Virus record (IMG/VR): IMGVR_UViG_3300046535_002148
Coordinates: 70,640 to 134,639 of that record
Source of the DNA: a virus
DNA length: 64,000 bases
Reading direction: 5' to 3' (one strand)
Position numbers and translations under genes: made by a program. This document shows positions 20,367 to 30,602 of this stretch, piece after piece; the first letter of the stretch is position 1; each line of letters starts with the position of its first letter. The notes beneath the pieces are model-generated. The model had not been told where the DNA came from and searched no databases. It saw only the letters and a list, made by a program, of their open reading frames with translations.

Positions 20367-20719
20367 CAGTCGGCCGCTGCGTTCGGGTCAGTGTCCGCTG
20401 CCGGGGAGGCGTCGGGCTGGGCCTGACCGGCGTCCTCGGCGTCGTTGAGTTCGGCGCCCTCAGCGGCCTCGGTGGCGTCGTCCGGGGCGTCGGGCAGATC
20501 GTCCAGCTCCGGCTCGGTGCTGGTGTCCGCGGTGTTGGACGGGTCGGTCTCGCCGGTCGGCCACGGGATGATCTCTTCCTGCGGCGCGTCGGGACCGGCG
20601 GTGCCGGCCGTGCCGGCGTTGGCGTCGGCGTCGGAGTTGTCGTCCGGGAAGTCGGCGGGCAGGCCGGTGTCGTCCGGCACCGGGGGAACCTCGGTGTCGG
20701 GGCCCTCGGGAGTGCTCAT
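20366..20719 (-). CDS. Hypothetical acidic disordered protein
   Basis: 117 aa, D/E/P/A-rich, translationally coupled to the endolysin. Confidence 0.55.
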   Translation of the reverse strand: MSTPEGPDTEVPPVPDDTGLPADFPDDNSDADANAGTAGTAGPDAPQEEIIPWPTGETDPSNTADTSTEPELDDLPDAPDDATEAAEGAELNDAEDAGQAQPDASPAADTDPNAAAD

Positions 20720-21103
20720 CGGTGTCCCTCTCTCTGTTGGCGGTACAGAGAGGTGGATCGACGAGCTCGGAGACGGCAGCGAAAAGGAAGGAGCCCCTGC
20801 GAGGCCGGGGAGGCGGCGCAGGGGCTCCGGTGCAGGTGGCCCAGGGGGGCGGACTGACGCTCCGGTCGGGGCTACCTACAGATCAGGCGCAGGCGACGAT
20901 CGGCTCGGGCGCCAGCGGGACGTGGATGTGCAGCGTCTGGGTGCAGCCGGTCTCGAAGTCGAGGTCCCACTCGACCCAACAGCTACGGCAGAACATGCGG
21001 ATACCCGTCATGACCCTCTCCTCCTTTCCCTGTGCGACGGCTTGATGGGGTCATCGGCACGGTGACGGGAAAGTGAAGCGAGGGTCGCATCACTTGTGCA
21101 CCG

Positions 21104-21496
21104 CTAGCCCACGAAGTCGTGCGCCAGCACGAAGGCGTCGGCATCCCAGGCGCTGTGCCCGCCCTCGGCCTCGAAGACCACCCAGTCCCCCGGTTGGGCC
21201 TGGTGGACGCGGGCGTCGGGGCCGGTGAGGGTCATCGGGACCTCGGTGGCGAAGGCCTCCATGACCAGACCCCGCCGGCTGATGGTCATCGTGACCACCG
21301 AGAGGTCGACGAAGTCGCGGAAGTTGCCCTCGTCGGTGGGCAGGTCCAGACAGGTCCGGATGCACTGTTCACGGCCCCCGTCGATGGCCAGGTAGCCGCA
21401 GGGGCACATCTGGGACTCCTTCGGCGTCTCGGAGACCAGCTCGGTCAGGCAGCGCCCGCAACGGGCCCGGTTCACGATGATTCGGTGAGCGCTCAT
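21104..21496 (-). CDS. Hypothetical Zn-ribbon protein
   Basis: NRARCGRC...CPCGYLAIDGG. Confidence 0.55.
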   Translation of the reverse strand: MSAHRIIVNRARCGRCLTELVSETPKESQMCPCGYLAIDGGREQCIRTCLDLPTDEGNFRDFVDLSVVTMTISRRGLVMEAFATEVPMTLTGPDARVHQAQPGDWVVFEAEGGHSAWDADAFVLAHDFVG

Positions 21497-22228
21497 CCTC
21501 AGTCATCGGCGCCGGACAGCCAACATTTTGGTTACGCTCAGTGAACACCGCAGGTCCGAGCCTTGATCAACTGACCCGCGACATAGAACGTTCTACAACT
21601 TATCGACGCCGCAACATGTTTGCTGTGCCACTAACCCGTTGACCTGTGGATATCGTTCCGAAGCTGGCTCGGGAGATCGGAACCTGTGGCGCACGACTCA
21701 ATCAGAACGTCGAATTGGACGCAACTATCACCAACATTCGGTAAAGCCCAGATGGTCCGCAGGTAACTTCTGATGGTGCCGAGGTTTGACCCAGCCTTGC
21801 GCTGTGTAATCAGTAAAGGACCACCGGGCTGTTCCGCAGACGCCCCTCCGGCCCATGCCCTCCAGGTATGCCGTCGGAGCGCCTGGTGGCAAAGCCGGGG
21901 GGCGACGCGGCGGATCCGGCCAGCAAGGGCCAGGCCCGAGACGCCTCCCGAGTCCCTGGAGCGACCGGTGTTGATCGTTCTTCCCGAAATCCTGACGTCG
22001 CGCACCTCTGTGGAGACCGCCTGCGCAAGAGCGCTGCACGCGCTGTCCTCGGTCCATCCCCCGAAGGAGTGCCAGGGCCAGTACGAGGATCTCGTCCATG
22101 AGCTGAGCCGGCTGCGCTCGCGCCTGCAGTCCGACCACCTGGCCTGCTGATTCTGCCCTACTGAGGGCCCATCAGGTTCCGATTCACGCGGCACTTCGTG
22201 CTTCCTCAGATCGGACGAGGCTTCATGC

Positions 22229-22999
22229 ATGAGCGTGATGGAGGAGCGGCTGCGCGCCGCCAGTGAGAAGATCAGGATCCTCAAGACCGAGACGGCCAAG
22301 TCCGCACAGGGGTTGCCCGGCTACGGCGACATCCACCCGACGTTGGAGCTGTGGCGCGGCGCCGAGCCGGTCGGGTTCGCCGTCGCCCACGCGATCGACA
22401 AGGAGACCGGGCTGGCCCTGTGCCGGATGCTCGCCTCCGGCATGGACGCCGACATGATCTTGCTGGCCAACGACACGATCCGCAGTACCCACGAGAACAA
22501 CCCCATGACCGGGGAGCCGTGGAAGGCCGGCGACATGCAGGACCTGATGGAGAACCACGAGGGCCTGGAGAAGGGCTGGGTCAAGGAGTGCGTCTCGATC
22601 TGGGCCGCGAACCGCGCCGGTGACCACCAGTCCGCGAACTGGTGCTACCGGATCTCCGGCCGCGGTACCGACGAGGTCGCGATCGAGTGGGCAGAGCTGG
22701 ACGTCCTGCCAGCGAACTCCGGCAGCGGCTACATCATCGACAAGCTCGTCGAGGCCGCGACCATGACCTCCATGGGCGAGACCATGGCCAGGTACGGCGT
22801 CACCCACGCCACCTTCGGCATCTCCGAGGAGCACGCCCGCGCGATCCAGGACTGCCAGACCGCCGAGATGACCATGGGCGCGCTGCAGATCGACGGCCGG
22901 CCCGGCGTCTCGATCGCGCTGTTCTCCGAGCCGGACACCGAACGGCGCGCCGTCATCATGGAGAAGTTCCCCGACAGCATCGTCCAGAGCCACTTCTGA
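22229..22999 (+). CDS. Hypothetical protein
   Basis: 256-aa ORF with normal composition. Confidence 0.65.
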   Translation: MSVMEERLRAASEKIRILKTETAKSAQGLPGYGDIHPTLELWRGAEPVGFAVAHAIDKETGLALCRMLASGMDADMILLANDTIRSTHENNPMTGEPWKAGDMQDLMENHEGLEKGWVKECVSIWAANRAGDHQSANWCYRISGRGTDEVAIEWAELDVLPANSGSGYIIDKLVEAATMTSMGETMARYGVTHATFGISEEHARAIQDCQTAEMTMGALQIDGRPGVSIALFSEPDTERRAVIMEKFPDSIVQSHF

Positions 23000-23128
23000 T
23001 GGGCGAGGCGCTGGAGATCGCAGGGGCGACGGCGGTCAGCTGCCGACTCTGTCACGGGACCGGCCTGTTCGACGGCGACCTTCCGTGTCCCAACGGTTGC
23101 CCGGCCCGGAAACCTGACGAGCCTTCAG

Positions 23129-23695
23129 ATGAGTGACGTGTTCTACGTCAGCGACCTGCACATCGGCCACAGCTACATGGCCCAGCTGCGGGACTACGAA
23201 TCGGTCCAGGACCACGACGAGGACCTGGCACTGGCCTGGGTCAAACAGGTCCGGTCCCGTGACATCGTCTGGGTGCTCGGCGACGTGGCGATGAACCCGG
23301 CCGCGGGGATGGCCTGGATCCGCAAGATGCCCGGCACCAAGCACCTCGTCGCCGGCAACCACGACCGCTGTCATCCCGGCCACCGGGACGGCTACAAGTA
23401 CCTGCGCCAGTACCTCGACGGGTTCGAGTCGGTGCAGCCCTTCGCACGCCACCGGATCGCCGGCACCAACATCGCGCTGTCGCACTACCCGTACGCCGCC
23501 GACCACACCGAGCAGCCGCGGGAGATGCAGTGGCGACTGCGCGAGCTGGGGATGCCTTTGCTGCACGGGCACACCCACTCCCCCGTCGTTCGCACCAGCG
23601 AGCTGGAGATGCACGTCGGTTGGGACGCCCACGGTTCCCTGGTGCACCGCGACCTGGTCGCGAAGGAATTCGACCTCGGCAGGAGAGAACAGTGA
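23129..23695 (+). CDS. Calcineurin-like metallophosphoesterase
   Basis: SDLHIGH, LGD, GNHD, SHYP, HGHTH motifs. Confidence 0.88.
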   Translation: MSDVFYVSDLHIGHSYMAQLRDYESVQDHDEDLALAWVKQVRSRDIVWVLGDVAMNPAAGMAWIRKMPGTKHLVAGNHDRCHPGHRDGYKYLRQYLDGFESVQPFARHRIAGTNIALSHYPYAADHTEQPREMQWRLRELGMPLLHGHTHSPVVRTSELEMHVGWDAHGSLVHRDLVAKEFDLGRREQ

Positions 23696-24009
23696 ACGAC
23701 CCCTGGAAGGACCCGGACATGAAGGCGTGGGTCGCCCACGCCCAGGAGACGCTGGTCCCGATGCTCGGCGACTCGAGCATGACGGTCAGCCTCTGCCCCG
23801 ATGCCGGGAACGGCGACATCAAGTACGCCGTCGAGCTGGGCCTCTCGATCATGATGAACAAACCCATCGTCCTGCTGGCACGCGTGGAGGACGACATCCC
23901 GCCGAAGCTGCGGGCCGTCGCCGACGAGATCGTCGTCGGCGAGATCGACGACCCGTACGTGCGGTCCCGGCTGCACGCGGCGATCGACCGGATCCAGAAC
24001 AACCTCTGA
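23692..24009 (+). CDS. Hypothetical protein (possibly nucleoside deoxyribosyltransferase-like)
   Basis: AVELGLSIMMNKPIVLL resembles the ExG...KP motif. Weak. Confidence 0.4.
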   Translation: MNDPWKDPDMKAWVAHAQETLVPMLGDSSMTVSLCPDAGNGDIKYAVELGLSIMMNKPIVLLARVEDDIPPKLRAVADEIVVGEIDDPYVRSRLHAAIDRIQNNL

Positions 24010-24019
24010 CCCCAAGGGA

Positions 24020-24571
24020 TCAGGCAGGGTCGAACCATGAGGCCGGGCGCATGTCGCCGATCGCCATCTTGACGTTGAGCTGATCGGCCGGGTGCTCGAT
24101 GCCGTCCATCTGCGGCTGCCACAGCAGCTCGACGTCGGTGTCATCACACAGCGACCCGACGATCTCGTCCCAGTCGAAGTCCGCCAGGTCCGGGTCCGAG
24201 GACTCCGGCAGCGCCTCGAAGACGGCAAGTTCTTCTACCTCCAGATCGCCGGCGTCGATGTGGTCGTAGCAGGAGGACTGGAGCACGACCTCGGCTGCGA
24301 CGGACCCGAGGTCCCTTTCGCCGGTGCGCAGGGACTCCTCGACGCGCCGATACCACCCGAGCATCTGGATCCACCATTCGCGGGGCTGATTGCGGACCAT
24401 CGGCGGCAGATCGACCGGGACCGGCTCGCGGCCCTCGTGCTCATCCCACTCCGAGAGCCAACGTTCGAGCATGTGGCCGGAGACCATGACGTCCTGCCAC
24501 AGCAGAAATCGCGTGCGCTCGGTCAACGGCCAGTGGGCATGCGGGTTGGGGATGAAGCCGGATGCAGTCAC
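24020..24571 (-). CDS. Hypothetical protein
   Basis: 183 aa, leaderless TACCGT -10. Confidence 0.55.
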   Translation of the reverse strand: MTASGFIPNPHAHWPLTERTRFLLWQDVMVSGHMLERWLSEWDEHEGREPVPVDLPPMVRNQPREWWIQMLGWYRRVEESLRTGERDLGSVAAEVVLQSSCYDHIDAGDLEVEELAVFEALPESSDPDLADFDWDEIVGSLCDDTDVELLWQPQMDGIEHPADQLNVKMAIGDMRPASWFDPA

Positions 24572-24711
24572 ATCGAAAACGGTAGGTCGTCGGCACGTGC
24601 GCCGGAAGGAGTTCCGCAGATCAGCTGCTCGATCGGCGTCGATTCCGGCTCTCCGGACAGCAATGAACCCCGGCGCCCCACCACAAGTCCCCGGGGTTCA
24701 TTGGTCTGGAT

Positions 24712-25437
24712 CTACCGTACTCGTTGCTTGATCAAGCGCAGCCACGGAATGAGCTCGTGGGTCAGGCCGTCGTAGAGCTGCTCGTCGCTGACCTGCCGCG
24801 GGATCTTCGCGTGGAAGGCCGAGGCGTTGTCGATCGCGCGGCCGGGGAGATTCGACAGCGTGCCGAGGTACCCGACGTCGTTGCCGAACCCGACGAAGGC
24901 GAAGAACAACTCGTCCTGCTCGGAGCAGTCGCGCAGCAGCTGCTCGGTCGCGCCGCGGTCGCCCGGGGCGCCGTCGGTCTGGAAGATGACGAATCCCGGG
25001 ACGCCAGCGTTGCTCGCGCGATGCAGGTCGCGGACCTTCTGCATCGCCGGTGCGTAGCGGGTACCGCCCCAGCTGGCCTTGCGGTGCTGCCGTTCGACCA
25101 CCCCGGCGTAGGCGTTGATGTCGACGTCGAAGGGCTCGTACACGTCGTCGTGGAACAACACCGTCGGCACGATGCCGTCGTCGTCGAGGTTGGCGCTCAG
25201 GCCGAGGGCCTGTTCGGCCAGGCGTTGGACGTCACCGTCGCTGTAGAACATCTCCATGGACCCGGAATGGTCCAGGACCAGGTAGACAGCGACCTTCTCG
25301 TCACCGGAGGCACCCGCCTTCTCAAGCGACACCTTGGCGGTCTTGATCAGATCGACCATCGGCGTCGACGTCGAGCTGCTGGACGACGCAGTCGACTGGC
25401 TCGGCCGGTCGGACTGGTTCTTTCGCAGAAAGCCCAT
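24712..25437 (-). CDS. vWA-domain protein (TerF-associated vWA type)
   Basis: MIDAS LVLDHSGSM, GGTRYAPAM, FQTDG, FVGFG. Start MGFLRK. Confidence 0.8.
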   Translation of the reverse strand: MGFLRKNQSDRPSQSTASSSSSTSTPMVDLIKTAKVSLEKAGASGDEKVAVYLVLDHSGSMEMFYSDGDVQRLAEQALGLSANLDDDGIVPTVLFHDDVYEPFDVDINAYAGVVERQHRKASWGGTRYAPAMQKVRDLHRASNAGVPGFVIFQTDGAPGDRGATEQLLRDCSEQDELFFAFVGFGNDVGYLGTLSNLPGRAIDNASAFHAKIPRQVSDEQLYDGLTHELIPWLRLIKQRVR

Positions 25438-25867
25438 GCGTTGAATCAACTCCCTGGGAGGTGCCGGCCTGGTTGGCCGGGCTCCCGTAGACGTAGTTCG
25501 GATCCAGGCGCACCCGACGACGACTCTGACGCAGAGTCCGGTCGTACTTGGTGCGCCACTGCTTGTTGTCGTCGAGCCACTGCACCTCGAAGCGACGGTT
25601 GTGCGCGAACATGTCGGTGATGATCGCCCGGGCACCGATCTCCTGCTGCTCCTGCAGCGTCCTCGGCTTGACCCGAGGCTTGGGGATCGGCTCCCCGTTC
25701 TCGTCCTTCCCGTAGGCGTTGCGTCGGTCTTTTTCGCACCGTCGAATGGCTTTCGACGGCTCGACCGACTCCATCGCCTTGATCAGGATCAACGCCATGT
25801 CGTGCCATTCCCCGTCCGCGAGCAATTCCATGGTGCGGTGGAAATACGGGGTTCCTCTTTCAGACAT
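25322..25867 (-). CDS. Hypothetical protein
   Basis: ELLADGEWH suggests a winged-helix start. 3' end overlaps the vWA gene. Confidence 0.5.
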   Translation of the reverse strand: MSERGTPYFHRTMELLADGEWHDMALILIKAMESVEPSKAIRRCEKDRRNAYGKDENGEPIPKPRVKPRTLQEQQEIGARAIITDMFAHNRRFEVQWLDDNKQWRTKYDRTLRQSRRRVRLDPNYVYGSPANQAGTSQGVDSTHGLSAKEPVRPAEPVDCVVQQLDVDADGRSDQDRQGVA

Positions 25868-25869
25868 GG

Positions 25870-26856
25870 TCAGAGCCGCGCCATTCCCTTTTCGTAGATC
25901 GCCTGGAACTTGGCGATCGTGGCCTCGACGCCTTCCAGGAAGTCAGGAAGTTCCGCGTCGGAGTAGGCCTCCAGCACGGCGGTGTAGTCGTCGTAGACCG
26001 ACAGGTTGCCCATGGCCATCCCGAATCGCTGCCTCGGCGTCATCGGTGCCCGGCTGTTGTTGGTCTTCCGTCCGCCGAGGTTGTCCTGGATCCGCTCCTC
26101 CATGTTCTTGACCCAGGTCTTGATCACCTTCTCCTTGGCCGCGAACGAACGCGCCGCGTTCAGCATGGTGATCAGGTCGTTGACCTCGTCGATCTTGAGG
26201 TGAGCCTTGATCGTGAGGTTGGTGGCGCCTACGAAGATCTCGTCCGGGTTCACGTTGTTCAACCGACCGCGGATCTGCGCGGAGAGCTTGGTGAACAGGT
26301 GCAGGTCGATGTCGTTCTCCTGCGCCCGCTTGAGTGCCGAGGTCTCCGCGGACTTGCGCTGCACCTTCGACAGCGGCACCTGGTTCTGCGCCGCTGCCTC
26401 CTTGAGGGAGATCCCGAGGTTGTCGGCCGCGAAGAGCGCATTGATGATGCGCTCGTCCTCGGACAGCGACAGGCCGTTGAAGTTGTTGGCCTCGCGGCAC
26501 ATCGCGGCCACCGTCGCCGCCTTCGCACCGGTGACCTCGTAGCGGTCCACGGTGGGCACCTTGGCGCGCATGGCCCCGGCCGCACGGTGGTTACCGTCGA
26601 TCATCAAGCGCTTCGAGGTCTTGGTGGTCCGCTGCACCACGATGGGCGGGAACGTTGCACCGGTCAGCCAGGCGACCTCGTACCGTTCGACCGTGGGCTC
26701 GTTGAGCGGCTCCAGTCGCGCCTGGTTCTTCAGCGACCGGACCAGGTCGACCTCATTCAGGTCCGCCCCGGGAATGAACTCCCAGCTCACGTTGTAGGAA
26801 TCGAGCCAGTCCTCGATCTCCTTGCGCCGATTGGTTTCGGCCTTGCTAGCCGCCAT
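25870..26856 (-). CDS. ParB/Srx-like N-terminal domain protein
   Basis: FPPIVV...LMIDGNHRA motif followed by an HTH-like segment. Confidence 0.7.
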   Translation of the reverse strand: MAASKAETNRRKEIEDWLDSYNVSWEFIPGADLNEVDLVRSLKNQARLEPLNEPTVERYEVAWLTGATFPPIVVQRTTKTSKRLMIDGNHRAAGAMRAKVPTVDRYEVTGAKAATVAAMCREANNFNGLSLSEDERIINALFAADNLGISLKEAAAQNQVPLSKVQRKSAETSALKRAQENDIDLHLFTKLSAQIRGRLNNVNPDEIFVGATNLTIKAHLKIDEVNDLITMLNAARSFAAKEKVIKTWVKNMEERIQDNLGGRKTNNSRAPMTPRQRFGMAMGNLSVYDDYTAVLEAYSDAELPDFLEGVEATIAKFQAIYEKGMARL

Positions 26857-26870
26857 TTTCGCAATCTCCC

Positions 26871-27836
26871 TTAGGACGCCATCTCGTGACGTCGGTATAC
26901 GGTGACAATTTCTCGGGCCTGCAGGTCGGCGACAATTCCGATCTCGCCATCCAGATAAATCCTGCAGTCGCGCTTCTCCTTGTCGGACTTCTCGGTCCGG
27001 GAGGGGTCCAGCATGACGGCGAACGCACGTTCGACCGTGATCTGCCGCTCCGCAAGACGCTTGCGTGCGTGAGCGCTGATGGTGAACCGCGAGGCCAACT
27101 CGGACACAGCTTCGGCCGGGGTCCGGTAGCCCTTGTCCTTGATGACCTGCAGGACGGTGTTGTCCGTCCGGTCCACCTGTACCGACCAGCCCGGCACGAC
27201 GAGCAGTTCGAGGCCGGGGCCGGTCCTGTCGGGCGTGGTCACGAGTGGGTTGGAGATGATGCGTTCCACCTGCTCGGCCGTGATGCCGTACTCGGCCATC
27301 TGCTTCTCGGCCTTGTCAGCGAAGGTGAGTCCACAGACCTTCACGATCCGCTGCGGGACGGTGACCTCGACGACCTCGCGGCTCTGACGGTGGTAGTCCA
27401 GGTCCTTCGGGGCGCTGAGGCCGAAGCATCCGGTCTCCTGGTGCGCCAGGCGCAGCCAGCTCCACAACCATTTGGTCCAGCGCTCACTGTCTTTGTCACA
27501 GAGCCGGAAGTAGTAGCTCTCGCCGTCGAGGGTGAACGAGACGTGGTCGTTGCCCTTGGGCTGCCCACACCGGAAGCAGGACGTGGTGCGGTTGATCGGT
27601 GAAGTCTCAGCCGCTACGAGCCAGGACCACAGCTCGTGGTCCCACTCCTTGAAACAGGGCCTGCTGCACAGCGAGAGGAGGTACGTCTCCTCGTGAACTA
27701 CTTTGCTGTGGTTCAACTTGGACTCCGCGACGCGCTTAGCGCACCGCATGCAGCCAGCCATCCGGTCCCCGTCCATCTGGGCCAATGATTCGGACACGGT
27801 ACCGAACCAGTGGGCCGGCGGAACAGAAGCTCCCAA
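26871..27836 (-). CDS. Zn-finger protein with tandem DUF4258/BrnT-like C-terminal domains
   Basis: CxxC pairs. Two repeats of (FADKA/ISAHA)..RxxExxIT.E.....I..P ending in IVTVY. Start uncertain. Confidence 0.5.
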   Translation of the reverse strand: MGASVPPAHWFGTVSESLAQMDGDRMAGCMRCAKRVAESKLNHSKVVHEETYLLSLCSRPCFKEWDHELWSWLVAAETSPINRTTSCFRCGQPKGNDHVSFTLDGESYYFRLCDKDSERWTKWLWSWLRLAHQETGCFGLSAPKDLDYHRQSREVVEVTVPQRIVKVCGLTFADKAEKQMAEYGITAEQVERIISNPLVTTPDRTGPGLELLVVPGWSVQVDRTDNTVLQVIKDKGYRTPAEAVSELASRFTISAHARKRLAERQITVERAFAVMLDPSRTEKSDKEKRDCRIYLDGEIGIVADLQAREIVTVYRRHEMAS

Positions 27837-27893
27837 GCCAGCTTGGCAATTTTTCCCACCACCGGGTCATTGACCGACCATAGGGTCGGCTGA

Positions 27894-28682
27894 ATGGAAC
27901 CACGACACGTGCTGGTGGCCGGCGACTGGCACGGCGACACCGGTTGGGCGATCGGCGTCGTCGAGATGCTGCCACGCTTCCTGCCCGAAGAGAAGGACCG
28001 ACTCATCCTGCAGTTGGGTGACTTCGGGATCAGTGGCAGACCGAGCGGCCAGAGCTACCTGCATCAACTCAACAAGCAGCTGGAGAAGGCCGACGCCGAC
28101 GTCGTCTTCATCGACGGCAACCACGAGGACCACCCTCTCCTGCGTACAGCGAAGAAGGCCGACGGGCCGCTGATTCCCACCGGCGCAACGAAGCTGCGCC
28201 GTGTCCGGTCCAGGATCTGGTGGGCGCCGCGCGGCTTCCGCTGGCGTTGGCACGGACACGAATGGGTGGCCGTGGGCGGCGCGGTGTCGGTCGACCGGGC
28301 GCTGCGCGAACCCGGTGTCAGCTGGTTCGCCGAGGAGGAGCTCACCGAGGCAGAGATCGAGGCGATCATCGACGCGGGCCCGGCCGACGTCGTCATCAGC
28401 CACGACCGCCCGGCACAAGCTCCGCTCGCACTGCCGCCGTGGCCCGACGAATGGGATCTGGCCGACCTGGCCCGGTCCGAGGCCCATCGCGACCGGATCC
28501 AGCGCGTTGTTGACGGCATTCAACCGCGCCTGCAAATGCACGGCCACTACCACGTTTACAGCCACGACTTCGCGGGTATGCCTTTCGGCCAACTTGAACT
28601 TCTGGCCCTGGACATGAATCGCCGAGCGGGAAGTCTTATGCGCGTGAACGTCGTCGACCTCCGGTTGGAGCCCCCGCGGTGA
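27894..28682 (+). CDS. Calcineurin-like metallophosphoesterase
   Basis: GDWHG, QLGDFG, DGNHE, GGAVSVD, SHD, HGHYH. Confidence 0.88.
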   Translation: MEPRHVLVAGDWHGDTGWAIGVVEMLPRFLPEEKDRLILQLGDFGISGRPSGQSYLHQLNKQLEKADADVVFIDGNHEDHPLLRTAKKADGPLIPTGATKLRRVRSRIWWAPRGFRWRWHGHEWVAVGGAVSVDRALREPGVSWFAEEELTEAEIEAIIDAGPADVVISHDRPAQAPLALPPWPDEWDLADLARSEAHRDRIQRVVDGIQPRLQMHGHYHVYSHDFAGMPFGQLELLALDMNRRAGSLMRVNVVDLRLEPPR

Positions 28683-28734
28683 AGCCGCGGGTGAACAGTC
28701 ATCGCTTCTCCTCGGGCACCGGGATCTGGCACGG

Positions 28735-29205
28735 CTAGAGAGGCTCGATGTACTCGACGGACTGGTCCCGCTCGAGCTTGATCTGCTGCTTGCAGGTACC
28801 GCTGCAGTACTCCAGGGAAAGGCCCCGGACGGTGCGCCGGCGGGCCTGCTCCATCGTCAGCTGGTTGCCGCAGACGGTGCAGACCGGCAGACGCTCGATG
28901 GGCGGCAGCTCCTTGTACTTCTGCGGTGAGCCGCGGAACGCCTGCCCGCACGCACTCGAGCAGTACCGGCGCCGACGGCCGGAGGCCTGCTGCTGCAGGT
29001 CCTTCCCGCAGACCGGGCAGGTGTCCAGGCCGCGGTTGAGGCCCATCTTGCGCAGGCCCGCGGCGATGGTGGAGACGGTGCGGCCCATGGCGGTGGCGAT
29101 CTCGTCGTTAGTCAGACCGGCCTTGAAGAGCTCGGTCAGCATCTCGTAGTCGTCCTCGGACCACCCGTACGGGCGCTTCGGAGGCTTGATGGCGGGGGTC
29201 GTCAT
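28735..29205 (-). CDS. HTH plus Cys-repeat DNA-binding protein
   Basis: WSEDD...GLTNDEIATAMGRT HTH, CPVC...YCSSAC repeats. Paralog of 44432-44863. Confidence 0.6.
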   Translation of the reverse strand: MTTPAIKPPKRPYGWSEDDYEMLTELFKAGLTNDEIATAMGRTVSTIAAGLRKMGLNRGLDTCPVCGKDLQQQASGRRRRYCSSACGQAFRGSPQKYKELPPIERLPVCTVCGNQLTMEQARRRTVRGLSLEYCSGTCKQQIKLERDQSVEYIEPL

Positions 29206-29289
29206 TCTGATGTTCTCGTCCTCAATCTGAGGTTTTCAAAGACGGATAGGGGTGGGCCCGAAGACCCACCCCTCGACCGCCTACAGCGC

Positions 29290-30180
29290 CTAGGCGCCAG
29301 TGTCGTCCGGGTCCTCGGCCAGGTCCGTCGGGTACGGACCGGTCCACGCCTTGGCGACCGGGAACTTAATCTCGGCGCCCTTCGGCGCCTTGGTCACCAG
29401 GCGTACGGGGCTGTCGGTGACCAGCCCGTTCCAGGTCTTGATGAACAGGGTCAGCATGACCCCGGAGGTCACGCGCTCGTTCTTGCGGCGGATCTGCCGC
29501 AGCCGCGAGTCGAGGGTGAGGATCGGGGAGTTCTCCCCCTCGTTGGTGCGCCGGGCCAGGCGGCGGATGAACCAGTCGGCCAACCTCACCCCCGAGCGCT
29601 GGACGATGAGCCAGTGCGCGACGGCGATGACGCGCGGTGCCGCCTCGATCTGCGTGCGGTACCGCAACCCGACGGCCACCGAATCGTGGATCTCCGGGTT
29701 GCTGTCGATGAAGGCGACGATCTCCGGGGAGGTGAACTGCGGGGTCTTGTTCTTGGTGATCGCGTCGGTGCGGCTCATCATGCACAGCCGCGCCGTCGCC
29801 GCGAGCATCGCGGCGTTCGACTCGCCCCGCAGCTGCAGCGCATCGGTGGTGGATCGGTTCGCGCCGCTGTCCATCGTCAGGAACGACTCCGGGCTCATGT
29901 TGCGCATGACGATCCAGAGCTGCGTGGTCTGCGACTGGACCTGGGCCATCAGGCGGTGCTGACCGTTGATCAGATTGTCGTTGGTGTCGAAGCAGATCGC
30001 TGCCTCGCACGGCCCCCAGTCCCCCTGCTCCATGGCCTTGGCGTAGGTGTCCACGCGGGACTTCCGCACCGGCCGGTTGATGACGTTGTGGATCAGGGCC
30101 TCCTCGGCCCAGCCGGCGTCGGCCTTGACCAGCTCGATGTCGAGCTCGCGGTTGCTCAGGTGCATGCGGGGGCGGCTCAC
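29290..30180 (-). CDS. ParB-like N-terminal domain protein
   Basis: NRPV...YAKAMEQGDW...LINGQHRL...DSGANR. Confidence 0.65.
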   Translation of the reverse strand: MSRPRMHLSNRELDIELVKADAGWAEEALIHNVINRPVRKSRVDTYAKAMEQGDWGPCEAAICFDTNDNLINGQHRLMAQVQSQTTQLWIVMRNMSPESFLTMDSGANRSTTDALQLRGESNAAMLAATARLCMMSRTDAITKNKTPQFTSPEIVAFIDSNPEIHDSVAVGLRYRTQIEAAPRVIAVAHWLIVQRSGVRLADWFIRRLARRTNEGENSPILTLDSRLRQIRRKNERVTSGVMLTLFIKTWNGLVTDSPVRLVTKAPKGAEIKFPVAKAWTGPYPTDLAEDPDDTGA

Positions 30181-30491
30181 GGCGCGGCCTCCCCGTCGGC
30201 GCGCTGCACCGTGAAGGCCATGACGCAGTTGAGCTCACGCCAGTCCTGGGGCGTGCCCTCGACGAGCTCCGGCTGGAAGCCGATGGTGTAGTCGACCTTC
30301 TCGTTGGCGGTCGCGATGGCGCGGACGGCGTTGTGGACGGCGTGCGCGCCGACGGCTCGCAGGACAGCCCGGTCACCGCACCGCACGACGCTGATGATCG
30401 TGGAGGCCAGCTTCTTGACGTCGGCGTCCTTCTTGACCTGGAACACCCGGTCGACGGGTTGGGGCAGAGCCCCTGAAGGCGTCACGGACAT
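30177..30491 (-). CDS. spoVS: SpoVS-family (Alba-like) protein
   Basis: LASTII...LRAVGAHAVHNAVRAIATA...FQP matches the SpoVS pattern AIGAGALNQAVKAVAIA. Confidence 0.75.
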   Translation of the reverse strand: MSVTPSGALPQPVDRVFQVKKDADVKKLASTIISVVRCGDRAVLRAVGAHAVHNAVRAIATANEKVDYTIGFQPELVEGTPQDWRELNCVMAFTVQRADGEAAP

Positions 30492-30602
30492 GACTCGATG
30501 ACCCTTTCGGGAGGGAGGGGAAGCGAGAGGGCGCCATGAGTGCCCTGGTCCGTGTTGCGGATTTCAGCCTAAACGCTAGGTGCGCGATCGCGCCAGAGAG
30601 GT

